Origin: Chiloscyllium plagiosum | Lineage: Eukaryota | Reading direction: 5' to 3' | Assembly (NCBI RefSeq): GCF_004010195.1 | Contig: NC_057718.1 | Location: 28,332,377-28,396,376 of the forward strand | Length of the DNA: 64,000 nt | In this document: one piece after another, positions 12,480 through 23,170 of the stretch | Numbering within the stretch: position 1 is the stretch's first letter | Layout: each line of letters opens with the position of its first letter | Made by a program: the position numbers and the translations under genes | The notes under the pieces: model-generated | The model's database searches: none | The model's input: the letters and a program-made list of their open reading frames with translations, nothing else | Told to the model about the DNA's origin: nothing

Positions 12480-13136
12480 TATAAGAAACTAAAATGTAGG
12501 ACCTCGTGTGGGCCATTCAGCTTCGCCATCCAATGAGATCATGGCTGATCTGATGGTCCTCAACTCCACTTTCCTGCCTTTTCCCAATAGCCCTTCCTTC
12601 CCTTACTGATTAAAAATCTGTCTATAACAGCCATGAATACAGTAAATGACCCAGCCCCAACAACCTCTTTAGTAAAGAATTTCACAGATTCACCATGGAC
12701 TGAGAGAAAAACATCCTCTTCATTTCTGTCTTAAATTGGTGGCCACTTACTCTGATATTGTGCCCGCTGGTCTTAGACTCTCCCACAAGGGGCAATAATT
12801 TCCATACTTACCTTGTCAAGCCCTCAAAGAATCTTGCATATTTCAATAAAGTTGTCTCTCATTCTTCAAAACTTCAATAAGTACAGGCCCAATCTGCTCA
12901 ATCTCTTCTGACAAGTAAATCTGGAATGTCTGGAATCAGCCTAGTGAACCTCCTTGGGAATGCCTCCAATGCCAGTGCATTTTTTCTTAGATAAAGGGAC
13001 CAAAATTGTTCACAGTATTCTAGATAGAGTTTAACTAGTGCCTTGTATAGTTTAGCTAGACTTCATTATATTTATATTCCATTCCATTTTAAATTAATGC
13101 CAATATTCCATTTGCCTTCCTATAACCTGCTGATCT
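12480..13136 (-). mobile_element. Old CR1, 3' part (continues at ~17380 after a nested younger CR1)
   Basis: CR1 3' UTR and ORF2 end on -; colinear continuation at 17380-18330. Confidence 0.7.
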
Positions 13137-13224
13137 TAGAACATAGAACACAGACCATTACAGGGCAGTACAGGCCCTTTAGCCCTCAATGTTGCGCCGA
13201 CCTTGAAGCTAATCTGAAGTCTAT

Positions 13225-16060
13225 CTAACCTATTCCATTTTCATCCATATGGTTATCCAATGACCATTTAAATGCCTTTAAAGTTGGCGAGTTTACGTCT
13301 GTTGCAAGCAGGGCGTTCCAAGCTCTTATTACTCTCTGAGTAAAGAAACTACCTCTGACATCTGTCCTATTTCTATCACCCCTCAATTCAAAGCTATATC
13401 CCCTCATGCTAGCTATCACCATCCAAGGAAAAAGACTCTGACTCTCCACCCTATCTAATGTTCTAATCATCTTGTATATCTCTTTTAAATCACTTCTTAA
13501 TCTTCTTCTCTCTAACGAAAACAGCCTTAAGTCTCTCAGCCTTTTCTCATAAGACCTTCCCTCCATACCAGGCAACATTTTGGTAAATCTCCTCTGCACC
13601 CTTTCCAATGCTTCCACATCCTTCCTATAATGTGGTGACCAGACCTGTACGCAATACTCCAAGCCGCACCAGAGTTTTGTGCAGCTGCAACATGACCTCA
13701 TGGCTCCGAAATTCAATCCCTCTACCAATAAAAGCTAATACATCATACGCCTTCTTAATGACCCTATCAGTCTGGGTGGCAAATTTCAGGAATCAATGCA
13801 CTCAGACACCGAAATCTCTCTGCTCATCCACACTACCAAGAATCTTACCATTAGCCCAGTACTCTGTATTCCTGTTACTCCTTCCAAAGTGAATCACGTC
13901 ACACTTCTCCACATTAAATTCCATTTGCCACCTCTCAGCCCAGCTCTGCAGCTTATCTAAATCTAGCTGTAACCTATGATATTCTTCTGCACTGTCCACA
14001 ACTCCACCCACTTTAGTGCCATCTGCAAACTTACTAATCCATCCTTCTGTGCCCTCATCCAGGTCATTTATAAAAATGACAAACAACAAATGCCCCAAAA
14101 CAGATTCTTGCAGTACACCACTCGTAACTGAACTCCAGGATGAATATTTCCCTTCAACCACCACCCTCTGTCTGTTAAAGCGAGCCAAATTCTGATCCAA
14201 ACGGTTAAATCACCCTCAATCCCATGCTTCCTTATTTTTTGCACTTGCCTAGCATGGGGAACTTTATCAACGCCTTACTGAAATCCATATACACCACATC
14301 AACCACTTAACCCTCATTCACCTATTTGGCCACCTTCTCAAAGAACTCAATAAGTTTTGTGAGGCACAACCTACCCTTCACAAAACCCTATTGACTATCC
14401 CTAATCAAGTTATTCCTTTCTGGGTGACTTTAAATCCTATCTCTTGAAATCATTTCCAAGACATCACCCACATCCGAAGTGAGGCTCACTGATCTATAAT
14501 TACCAAGGTTATCCCTACTCCTCTTCTTGAACAAGGGGACAACACTTGCTATTCCCCAGTCTTCTGGCACTAATCCTGTAGACAATGACGGCATACAGAT
14601 CAAAGCCAAAGACTCTGCAATCTCCTCCCTAGCTTAACAGAGAATCCTTGGATAAATCCTACCCGGCCCAGGAGACTTATCTATTTTCACACTTTTCAGA
14701 ATTGCTGATACTTCCTTCTTATGAAACTCAATCCCATCTAAAAGCCGGTATCTCAGTATTCTCCTTGACTACATTGTCTTTTCACTATGTGAATACTGAT
14801 GAAAAGTATTCATTTAGCACATTCCCTATCTCCTCGGACTCCACGCACAACTTCCCACAACTGTCCTTGACTGGCCCTAATGTTATTCTAGTTATTTTTT
14901 TATTCCTGACATACCTGCAGAAAGCTTTCGGGTTTTCCTTGATCCTACCTGCCAACGACTTCTCATGTCCCCTCCTGGCTCTTCTCAGCTCTCTCTTTAG
15001 GTCCTTACTGGCTAACTTGTAACTCTCAAGCACCCTAACTGAGCCTTCACATCTCATCTTTACATAAGCCTCCTTCTTCCTCTTGAGAAGAGATTCAACT
15101 TCTTTAGTAAACCACAGTTCCCTTGCTCGACCACTTCCTCCCTGCCTGACAGGTACATACTTATCAAGGACCTCCAGTAGCTGAACCTTGAATTGTGCCC
15201 AGTCCTTGCAGTTTCCTTCCATATCCTATGCATCCTAAACCTTGCCTAATTGCATCATAATTGCCTTTCCCCCAACTATAACTCTTACCCATGTACATAC
15301 CTATCGCTTTCAATCCCTAAAGTAAACATAACTGAATTGTGGTCACTATCACCAAAGTGCTCACCTACCTCCAAATCTAACACTTGGCCTGGTTCATTAC
15401 CCAGTACCAAATCCAATGTGGCCTCACCTCTTGTTGACCTAACTACATATTGTGTCAGGAGACCCTCCTGTGCACATTGGACAAAAACTGACCCATCTAA
15501 AGTACTCAAAATATAGCGTTTCCAGTCAATACTTGGAAAGTTAAAGTCCCCCATAACAACTACCCTGTTACTTTCACTCTGATCCAGAATCATCTTTGCA
15601 ATCTTTTCCTCTATGTGTATGGAACTTTTGGAGGCCTATAGAAAACTCCCAACAGGATAACCTCTCCTTTCCTGTTTCTAACCTCAGCCTATATTATCTC
15701 AGTAGATGAGTCCTCATCAAATGGCATTTCTGCCACCATAATACTGTACTTGACAAACAATGTCACACCTCCCCCTCTTTTACCACCTTTCCTGATCTTA
15801 CTGAAATATCTAACTCCCATAAAGTGCAATAACCATTCCTGTCCCTGCTCTATCCATGTCTCAGAAATAGTCACAACATCAAAGTCCCAGGTACCAACCC
15901 ATGCTGCAAGTTCACCCACCTTTTTCCAGATGCTCCTGATGTTGAAGTAAACACACTTCAAACCACCTTCCTGTCTGCCAGTACATTCCTGTGACATTGA
16001 AACCTTATTTCTGATCTCACTACTCTCAACTTCCTGCACACTGGAGCTACAATTCAGGTT
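13225..16060 (-). pseudogene. CR1 ORF2 (APE endonuclease + reverse transcriptase), disrupted
   Basis: YFNIRS...ISETW, VVMGDFNFP, LDLVL..SDHN, SGVLQESVLG, FADGTK (catalytic DD mutated), LEYCVQVWSP; split over several frames. Confidence 0.9.
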
Positions 16061-16089
16061 CCCATCCTCCTGCTGAATTAGTTTAAATC

Positions 16090-17001
16090 CTCCCGAAGAG
16101 CATTAGCAATACTCCCCCTCTAGGATATTGGTACCCCTCTGGTTCAGGTGTAGACCATCATGTTTGTAGAGGTCCCACCTACCCCAGAATGAGCCCCAAT
16201 TATCCAGGTATCTGAAACCCTCCCTCCTGCACCATCCCTGTAGCCACGTGTTCAACTCTCCTCTCTCCCTATTCCTCACCTTGCTAGCACGTGGCACGGG
16301 TAACAAACCAGTGTTCTAGATCTAAGCTTCCTCCGAGCTCCTTGAATTTCTGCCTTAAATCCCCATCCCTTTTCCTACCTATGTCATTGGCGCCTATGTG
16401 GACTATGACTTGGGGCTGGTTCCCCCTCCCCCCCACCTTAAGGATTCTGAAAACGTGGTTGGAGACATCACAGACCCTGGCACCTAGGAGGCAACACACC
16501 AACCGCAACTCTCTCTCGTTCCCACAGAATCTCCTATCTGTCCCCCTAACTATGGAGTCCCCAATCTCTAATGCTCTGTTCCTCTTCCCCCTTCCCTTCT
16601 GAGCAACAGGGACAGACTCTGTGCCAGAGACCTGAAGCCCATGGCTTACTCCTGGTAAATATCCCCCCCAACAGTATCCAAATCAGTACACTTGTTATTG
16701 AGGGGAACGGCCACAGGGGTTCCATGCACTGCTTGCCCATTCCCTTTCCATCGCCTGACTGTAACTCATCTACCTTTTTCCTGTACCTGAGGTGTGACTT
16801 CTCCCTGTAACTCCTCTCAATTAACCCCTCAGCCTCACGAATGATCCAAAGTTCTTCCAGCTCCAGCTCCAGTTCCCTAACTTTGTTTCCAAGGAGCTGG
16901 AGTTGGGTGCACTTCCTGCTGATGAAGTTAGTGGGGATACTAGTGGTGACCCTTACCTCCCACATTCTATAGGAGGAGCGTTCAACTGCCCTAACATCCA
17001 T
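16090..17001 (-). pseudogene. CR1 ORF1 (zinc-finger/coiled-coil + SGNH esterase domain), disrupted
   Basis: MWEV...KCTQLQLL..VRELELEL, VCCLLGARV, VHIGANDIGR, DGLHL. Confidence 0.85.
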
Positions 17002-17379
17002 TCCCACTGTTATGAATTCCAAAGAGACTATTGAAAAAAATTAGGAACTTTACCAATCAGGCACACAGAATTTTTTCTTTGGTTAGAGGAGGACCTAGGC
17101 GATACTACCCAAGTAGTGTTTCAAGTAAAGCAACCCGCCCAAAATATTACCTCACTTACTCAGTGAGTCCTGTGTCTGCTCCTCCTATTCATGAGGTAAG
17201 TTTTTAAAGACAGAATTTACCTTCCTAGCAGCCCCCTGGTCCTCGCTCTCGTTCCTCCCGCTGGTGCTGAAAATGGAGGTTGCTAAGTCTTAAGGTAAGT
17301 CCTTTTAGATGGACATTTAGCTTCTCAGCAGTCCCATGGTCCTCAAATTCACCACTCCTACTCTTGCTGAAAACGGAGG

Positions 17380-18330
17380 ATAATGTTTTTGTGATTAATA
17401 CCTGAGGTTCCCAGATTACTCTGTACAGCAGTTTTCTGCAGGTTTTCTGCACTTAAATAATATTCACCTCCTCTACTCTTCACACCAACTCGCATAGCCT
17501 CATATTGTCCCATAATATTCTTTATACTTAGAATCCCTACAGTGTGGAAACAGGCCCTTCAACCCAACAAGTCCACACCAAACCTTCGAGGAGTATCCCA
17601 CCCAAACCCATTCCCCTTCCAGAGGAAACCAGAACACCCAGAGCAGACATGTGGAGAATGCACAAACTCCACACAGACAGTCACAAGGCTGGAATCAAAA
17701 CTGGGCCCCTGGCACTGTGAGCGAGCAGTGCTAGCCGCTGAGCTACTGTGCCGCCCTCCCCTGCTGTTATTATGTTCCTTCTGCCAAGATTTGACCCCCC
17801 TCAGTTAAACTTTATATCCCTCTGCAGATGCTTTGAGTCATCCTCACCACTTAGTTTCCCACCTATTTTTGTGCCATCTGCAAATTTGGAGACAACATCT
17901 TTACTTCCATTATCCAAATCATTAGTATATATTGTACATAATTGAGGCCCCAGTACTATTCCCTGTGGCACTCTATTCGGTTCATGTTACAATCCTGAAA
18001 ATGCCCTTTATTCCAATTCTTGGTCTTCTATAAGTTAGCTAATCCATTATCCCCAACACTGTAGGTTGTTACCTATTAAAGTAGACTTACGTGCAGTATC
18101 TAATGGAAAGCCATTTGGAAATGCAAAGCTATCCTGCTTGTACCTCGTCAGAGAATTCTAATAAATTTATCAGACATGATTTCCCCCTTATGAAGCCAAG
18201 CTAACTCTGTTTAATATGTTATGCATTTTCAATTACTCTGATAGTACATGCTAACATTTTCCCAATTACAAATACTAGCCAGCTTACCTGATTTTTGTCT
18301 CCCTTTTTGATATTTGGAAGTGTTACATTA
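17380..18330 (-). mobile_element. Old CR1 RT fragment (host of the 13137-17378 CR1 and of a SINE)
   Basis: Reverse complement gives SKFADGTK, GPQL..IY.NDL and H.FI.GKSCL.NLLEF motifs. Confidence 0.7.
17527..17760 (-). mobile_element. HE1-like V-SINE
   Basis: Reverse complement GGCGGCACAGTAGCTCAGCGGCTAGCACTGC...TGTGTGGAGTTTGTGCATTCTCC, CR1-type tail. Confidence 0.85.
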
Positions 18331-18959
18331 TATTTCTGTAATATTAGAATTTAACTTTAAAAATCAATCATATAAATTTAATATTAAACAAAGGTTAAAT
18401 GTAAACAGATGAAGTGAAGAATTTAGAAAGATTTTTTTACATGGAGAGTAGTGAAAACATGGAATGATCAAAGTATTGATACCTTCGGGGTGAGGCATTC
18501 ATAGATAAAGAGAAAGGATGAGAAAGCCAAGACAGCGTGGGTGTGTGTGTGTGGGTGATAATTAGCGTTGAGAGGATTTGTGTGGAATAAAAACAGACTA
18601 GTTCATATCATACATGCTTTAGTTTCAATATAATCTTTATGGAAAATTAAGCATTTATGTTGAAGATTCAATTCATATTGGTCTTTGTTCTGTCAAAGCA
18701 CAAAAATAAATTAAAGACAGCCACTCACAGAACTCAGAATCTAGTTCAATTCAAGACATGGCTGGCACAGTTAGTCTGTTGATGGGCTGCTTGATTTATG
18801 TAGGAGGTGAGTTATTCAATTGAAATATTATCACACAGTGTTATTTATTCAAATATGTGTCTGGTCTTCAGCTTTTTGGAATTTAATAAATAGTTATTTA
18901 GCTTCCATATGTCTCTAGTTACTGTTTTTAAAGGGATAAATCTGTCTGATTTTTTTCTA

Positions 18960-19370
18960 ATTAATGTCTCCAAGATGCCTTCAAAAAGGCAAAGGGTGAC
19001 TGTAATAAAAAAAAACCAAGCAACTACTTTTGAAACGTAGTCACTCCTACAGTATAGGAAATGTAGCAGATAAATTGTGCACTAAACTCCTACAAAGAGC
19101 AGTGTAATAATGACCAGGTCATTTTTTCTGTGTGATTGACTGAGGAATAACTTTGGACAGAATTTCTGGTCAACACTCCTATTCTCCTTTGAAATTGTGC
19201 CTAGGGATTTTTAAAATGTTCACCTAAAAGGGAAAGGGCATCACCACAGTTTAATATTTCATCAAAAAAATGGTACCTCCAGCTGTGCATCACTACACTG
19301 GAGTGTCAGTCTTGAATTTTGACCTGAACTCAAAAAGTGGGACTTGAAAGCATTACCGTCTGGCTCAGTC
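18960..19370 (-). mobile_element. Deu-domain SINE (SacSINE1/AmnSINE-like), decayed
   Basis: Reverse complement has a tRNA-like head (TTCAAGTCCCAC), ATCCCTAGGCACAATTTCAAAGGAGAATAGGAG and GTGACTACGTTTCAAAAGTA; family name from recall. Confidence 0.55.
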
Positions 19371-19434
19371 ATGTATACTAAGATATATACCATAAGTTAA
19401 TACAGATCTTCAAAGTAAATCCATGAGAAATTTC

Positions 19435-20826
19435 CAAAGAATTCTAAAGAAGAAATTATCTCTGACATATTTAGCATAGTTCTTTGAACAACTAACAAGT
19501 AGGGTAGATAAAGGGGAACCGGCAGATGTGATTTATGCGGATTTCAAAAAGGCATTAGATAAGGCACCATTTATTAGGCTGCGAAATAAGATAAAATCCC
19601 TTGGTGTTGGAGGTAGTATTTAGCATTGATAGAGGATTGGCTAATTAATAGAGGACATAGAGAGGGATAAGGGGGTATTTTAAGGATGACAATTTATGAC
19701 TAATAGAGTACCACAGAGTTCCGTACTGGGGTCAATTATTTAAAATATATTAATGACTTGGGTGATGGAAGTAAATATATTTGTTGCTAAGTTTGCAGAT
19801 GATACAAAAATAGGTAGGAAGGCAAGTAGTGAGCATGATACAAGGGGTCTACAGAGGGATTCAAACTAGTTAAATGAGTGAGCAAAGTATTGGTAGATGG
19901 AATATATTGTGGGAAGATATAAGGTTATGCACTTTGACAGAAAGAATGTATGAACAGATATTTAAATGGTGAAAGATTAGCATCTAGTGAGTGATAGGAA
20001 AGATAAATTGAATTTTGGTCTTTATTTCAAAAGGAATTAAGTACAAAATTAGAGTAGTTTTGCTAAAACTGTATGAGGAGAAAGTGAGGACTGCAGATCA
20101 CAGTCAAGAGTGTGATGCTGGTAAAGCACAACAGGTCAGGCAGTATCCAAGGAGCAGAACCCTTCCTGATGAAGGGCTAATGCCCAAAACGTTGATTCGC
20201 CTGCTCCTTGGATGCTGCCTGACCGGCTGTGCTTCTCCAGCAACACACTCTTGACATTAAAACTATAATATGAGGCACAAGTTGGAGCCCAGGTGGAATC
20301 AATGAATAGCTTTGGTCCCCTCATCTAAGGAAAGATATACTGGCATTGGAGGCAGTTCAGACAAGATGCACCTTGGTATGGAGGGATTTTTTTAATGAGG
20401 AGAGATTGAGCAGTTTGAGCCTGTACTCATTGGGCTTTAAAAAACATGGGAGGCAACCTTACTGAAACATACATGATTCTTAGAGGCTTGGCAAGGATTG
20501 AGGATGGAGAGGTTGTTTTCCCTAATGGCAGAGTCTAGGACCAGAGGCTATAATCTCAGAGCAAATTGTGACCAATTTAAAACAGATGAGGGAGAATTTG
20601 TTTCTCTCATGTGGTGGTGAATCTGTGGAATTCTTCACCACAGAGGGCTGTGATTGAGTCCAGTGAAGGCTGAGATAGCCAGATTCATAATCATTAAGAG
20701 CAGAAAGTGTTATGGGTAAAAATCAGGAAAGTGGAGTTGAGGGTAATCAGATCAATCATGAGCTCCTCAGGTGGTAGAGCAAGCTGGAGTTGTCAAATAG
20801 TCTACTTTGCTCCTGTGTCTTTATGA
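19435..20826 (+). mobile_element. Old CR1 RT/3' fragment
   Basis: DVIYADFKKA, KFADDTKIG, WQMEY-like motifs with many stops; interrupted by PLE insert at 20076-20252. Confidence 0.8.
20076..20252. mobile_element. PLE terminal insert with inverted arms
   Basis: GGAGAAAGTGAGGACTGCAG...GGTCAGGCAG / CTGATGAAGGGCTAATGCCCAAAACGTT...GCTGCCTGACC. Confidence 0.75.
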
Positions 20827-21308
20827 CCGTTAGATAGCCAGAAACTGCTGCAGTTCATGACAAGATAAAGAGAACAGCAAGGCATAAAATTTAATTCAAA
20901 GTTAGCTTAGCACAAAATGTGCAAGTCACTAATTAATTTCTTCAATGAAAAACCAAATGAGTTTAACTATTTCTGCGAAAAATATACGTGATTCGGTACT
21001 ATATATACCTCTTTAGTGTTTAATAAACCTGTTGGCAGCGAAACTGAAAATAATGTTTAATGGAATACAATTTGTTCTCCCTTTGGGAAACAACCCTATT
21101 TGCATAAATTAATAATTTATAGAACTGGAAGTATAATAATTTGTGTTGAACTGTTCTAAGTTATGTTAATGCCACATTGAAGCTGTTCGCTAATTAATCA
21201 TACAGGACATTCTGGACAGTTTATATGATTGGGAAATGGGGAACTTGGTAATTGATTGCTCCTCACTACACTCTTAAACAATTATAAAGTGTGACAAAAT
21301 CATAAAAC

Positions 21309-21335
21309 CTGTTCTTTTTCTTGGTTTCGCTTTAG
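21309..21335 (+). promoter_or_regulatory. Splice acceptor of the KCNK12 terminal exon
   Basis: Polypyrimidine tract CTGTTCTTTTTCTTGGTTTCGCTTTAG; phase-1 junction restores the GFG of pore loop 1. Confidence 0.9.
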
Positions 21336-22234
21336 GTTTTGGCATGACGACTCCAGCAACCATGGCAGGAAAAGTGTTTCTGATATTTTACGGCCTTCTT
21401 GGATGTGCAGGAACCATTTTGTTTTTTAACCTCTTCCTGGAGCGGACCATTACCCTGCTTGCTTTCATCATGAAGGCGTGCCACCAGAGGCAGCTGAGGA
21501 GTAAAGACCTGCTCCCTCCCATGATTCGCCGGCAATCAGCCGTAACAGACATGGCTAGCTTGACCGGATGGAAGCCATCCGTGTACTACATTATGCTGAT
21601 CCTTGGCATCGCAGCCATTATAATCTCCTGCTGTGCATCGGCAATGTACACACCAGTGGAAGGATGGAATTATGCTGACTCTTTGTACTTCTGCTTTGTC
21701 ACCTTCAGTACTATTGGCTTTGGGGATCTGGTCAGCAGTCAGAACGCAGCCTATACAAATCAGGGATTGTACAGATTTGGTAATTTTGTATTCATACTCT
21801 TGGGGGTGTGCTGCATCTATTCACTCTTCAATGTCATCTCCATTGTGATCAAACAGTTCCTCAACTGGTTACTGAAGAAACTGGAGTGTAGATGCTGCCC
21901 GAGGTGTCGGAGAGGAAAGATACGGACTGGACGGCGGAATGCCATCACCCCAGGGCAATCTCGTATCCGTAGAAACCAGGTCTTTGCAGATGCCGAGGGG
22001 CCATGTGACAGTGACGGGGAGGGACGGAGGCTCTCTGGAGAAATGATCTCCATGAGGGACCTCACTGCCTCCAACAAGGTGTCACTTGCCATCCTGCAGA
22101 AGCAGCTGTCAGAAACTGCCAATGGTCACCCTCGGACAGTGTGTGTCAACACAAGGCAGAACGGCTTCTCAGGTGGGGTGGGTGCTTTAGCCATTATGAA
22201 TAACAGGTTAGCAGAAACCAGTGAAAGTAGGTAA
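21336..22234 (+). CDS. KCNK12: Potassium channel subfamily K member 12 (THIK-2), last coding exon (partial CDS; upstream exon outside window)
   Basis: (G)FGMTTPAT..GK.FLI.YGL.GCAGTILFFNLFLER, second pore STIGFGDL, RRNAITPG, GRRLSGEMISMRDLTASNKVSLA, CVNTRQNGFSGGVGAL.IMNNRLAETS. As recalled, these fit THIK-2 better than THIK-1. Open frame to TAA. Confidence 0.93.
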
Positions 22235-22984
22235 TAAATAAACAATAGCTTTAGCACAATCAGGACAGTCAGATTTTTATTCTGAAGTTCCAAGGCATCC
22301 TAGTGTTTTATACAACCAATCTCCATTATACCCAGTCTGAACCATTATCTCTCAGTCTATATAAGGTCTACAGAACATCCACTTAAAATGAATAAATATC
22401 TGAGGAAACATCTGGATTATTAATGGAGATTTTTAGAGAGTGCTTTCCTCTTCCCATCTGCTTTTCTTTGGCTTGCCATAAGTTTATGTGATTCTTTCCA
22501 ACAATGGGGCATTTAGAGGAAGATCTAAATGATCTCAGAAATGAATGGCAGCCTTGCTAGGGCTGGATTAGACACAAAAGCACCAATTTGGAACTGCTGC
22601 TCACTCCCTTCTCATGAGAATATAGCAGGAGGGAAAGAAGCTGAGACCTTCTCGGAGGCTCTAAGCTTTCGTTGAAGCAATTTTCACCCATTATTGTGAA
22701 TGAGTACATATCCCCTTGTTTTGGATAAGAGATATTTTTAAATGTGCAAGTTAGGGTTCCACACAATTCTCTAGAAGGGCTTGTGCCTGTGAATACCCTG
22801 CACATTTCTACCAGGAGGAGTTTAAAGTAGCCTGTCCACATAAAAACCTCAATCCCTTTTGGCACCAAGAAGACAGATTCTGGTTCCACAGAAATGCTGG
22901 GCCAGTTTTTACTCACCCTGACAGGCCCAGCCTCCACCCCAACTCCACATCCAACCTGACTGCCTGTTAACAATCCCTCCCACT

Positions 22985-23170
22985 GAGAAACCGAGCTAAC
23001 CTTTCAACTCTGCAACCCTTCATCAGAACAGTTCTGACGAAAGGTCACAGGCCTGAAACATTAACTCTGTCGCTCTCTCCACAGATGCTGCCAGACCAGC
23101 TGAGTTTCTCCAACATTTACTGTTTTTATTTCGATTTCCAATGACTGCAGTATTTTGCTTTTACTGTATT
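22985..23170 (+). mobile_element. Old PLE terminal insert in the putative KCNK12 3' UTR
   Basis: CCCTTCATCAGAAC-A-GTTCTGACGAAAGG inverted junction; CAGATGCTGCCAGACCAGCTGAGTTTCTCC...CTGCAGTATTTTGCTTTT. Confidence 0.7.

Larger units (their letters stand above)
13137..17378 (-). mobile_element. Near full-length CR1 LINE (5' UTR, ORF1, ORF2, tail), frameshifted
   Basis: Tail TAGAACATAGAAC at 13137; ORF fragments cover esterase, APE endonuclease and RT in order on -. Confidence 0.92.

Noticed and set aside
17081..17147. HDV-like or hammerhead ribozyme call for the CR1 5' UTR motif
   Set aside because: Lacks CUGANGA and the HDV nested pseudoknot order; kept only as an unclassified structure
21344..21346. 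ATG as the KCNK12 start
   Set aside because: Internal Met; a strong acceptor at 21335 precedes it, and the N-terminus, M1 and most of pore 1 are missing
21336..22234. KCNK13 (THIK-1) assignment
   Set aside because: GCAGTILFF, RRNAITPG and VCVNTRQNGFSGG match THIK-2 as I recall it; a phylogeny would settle it
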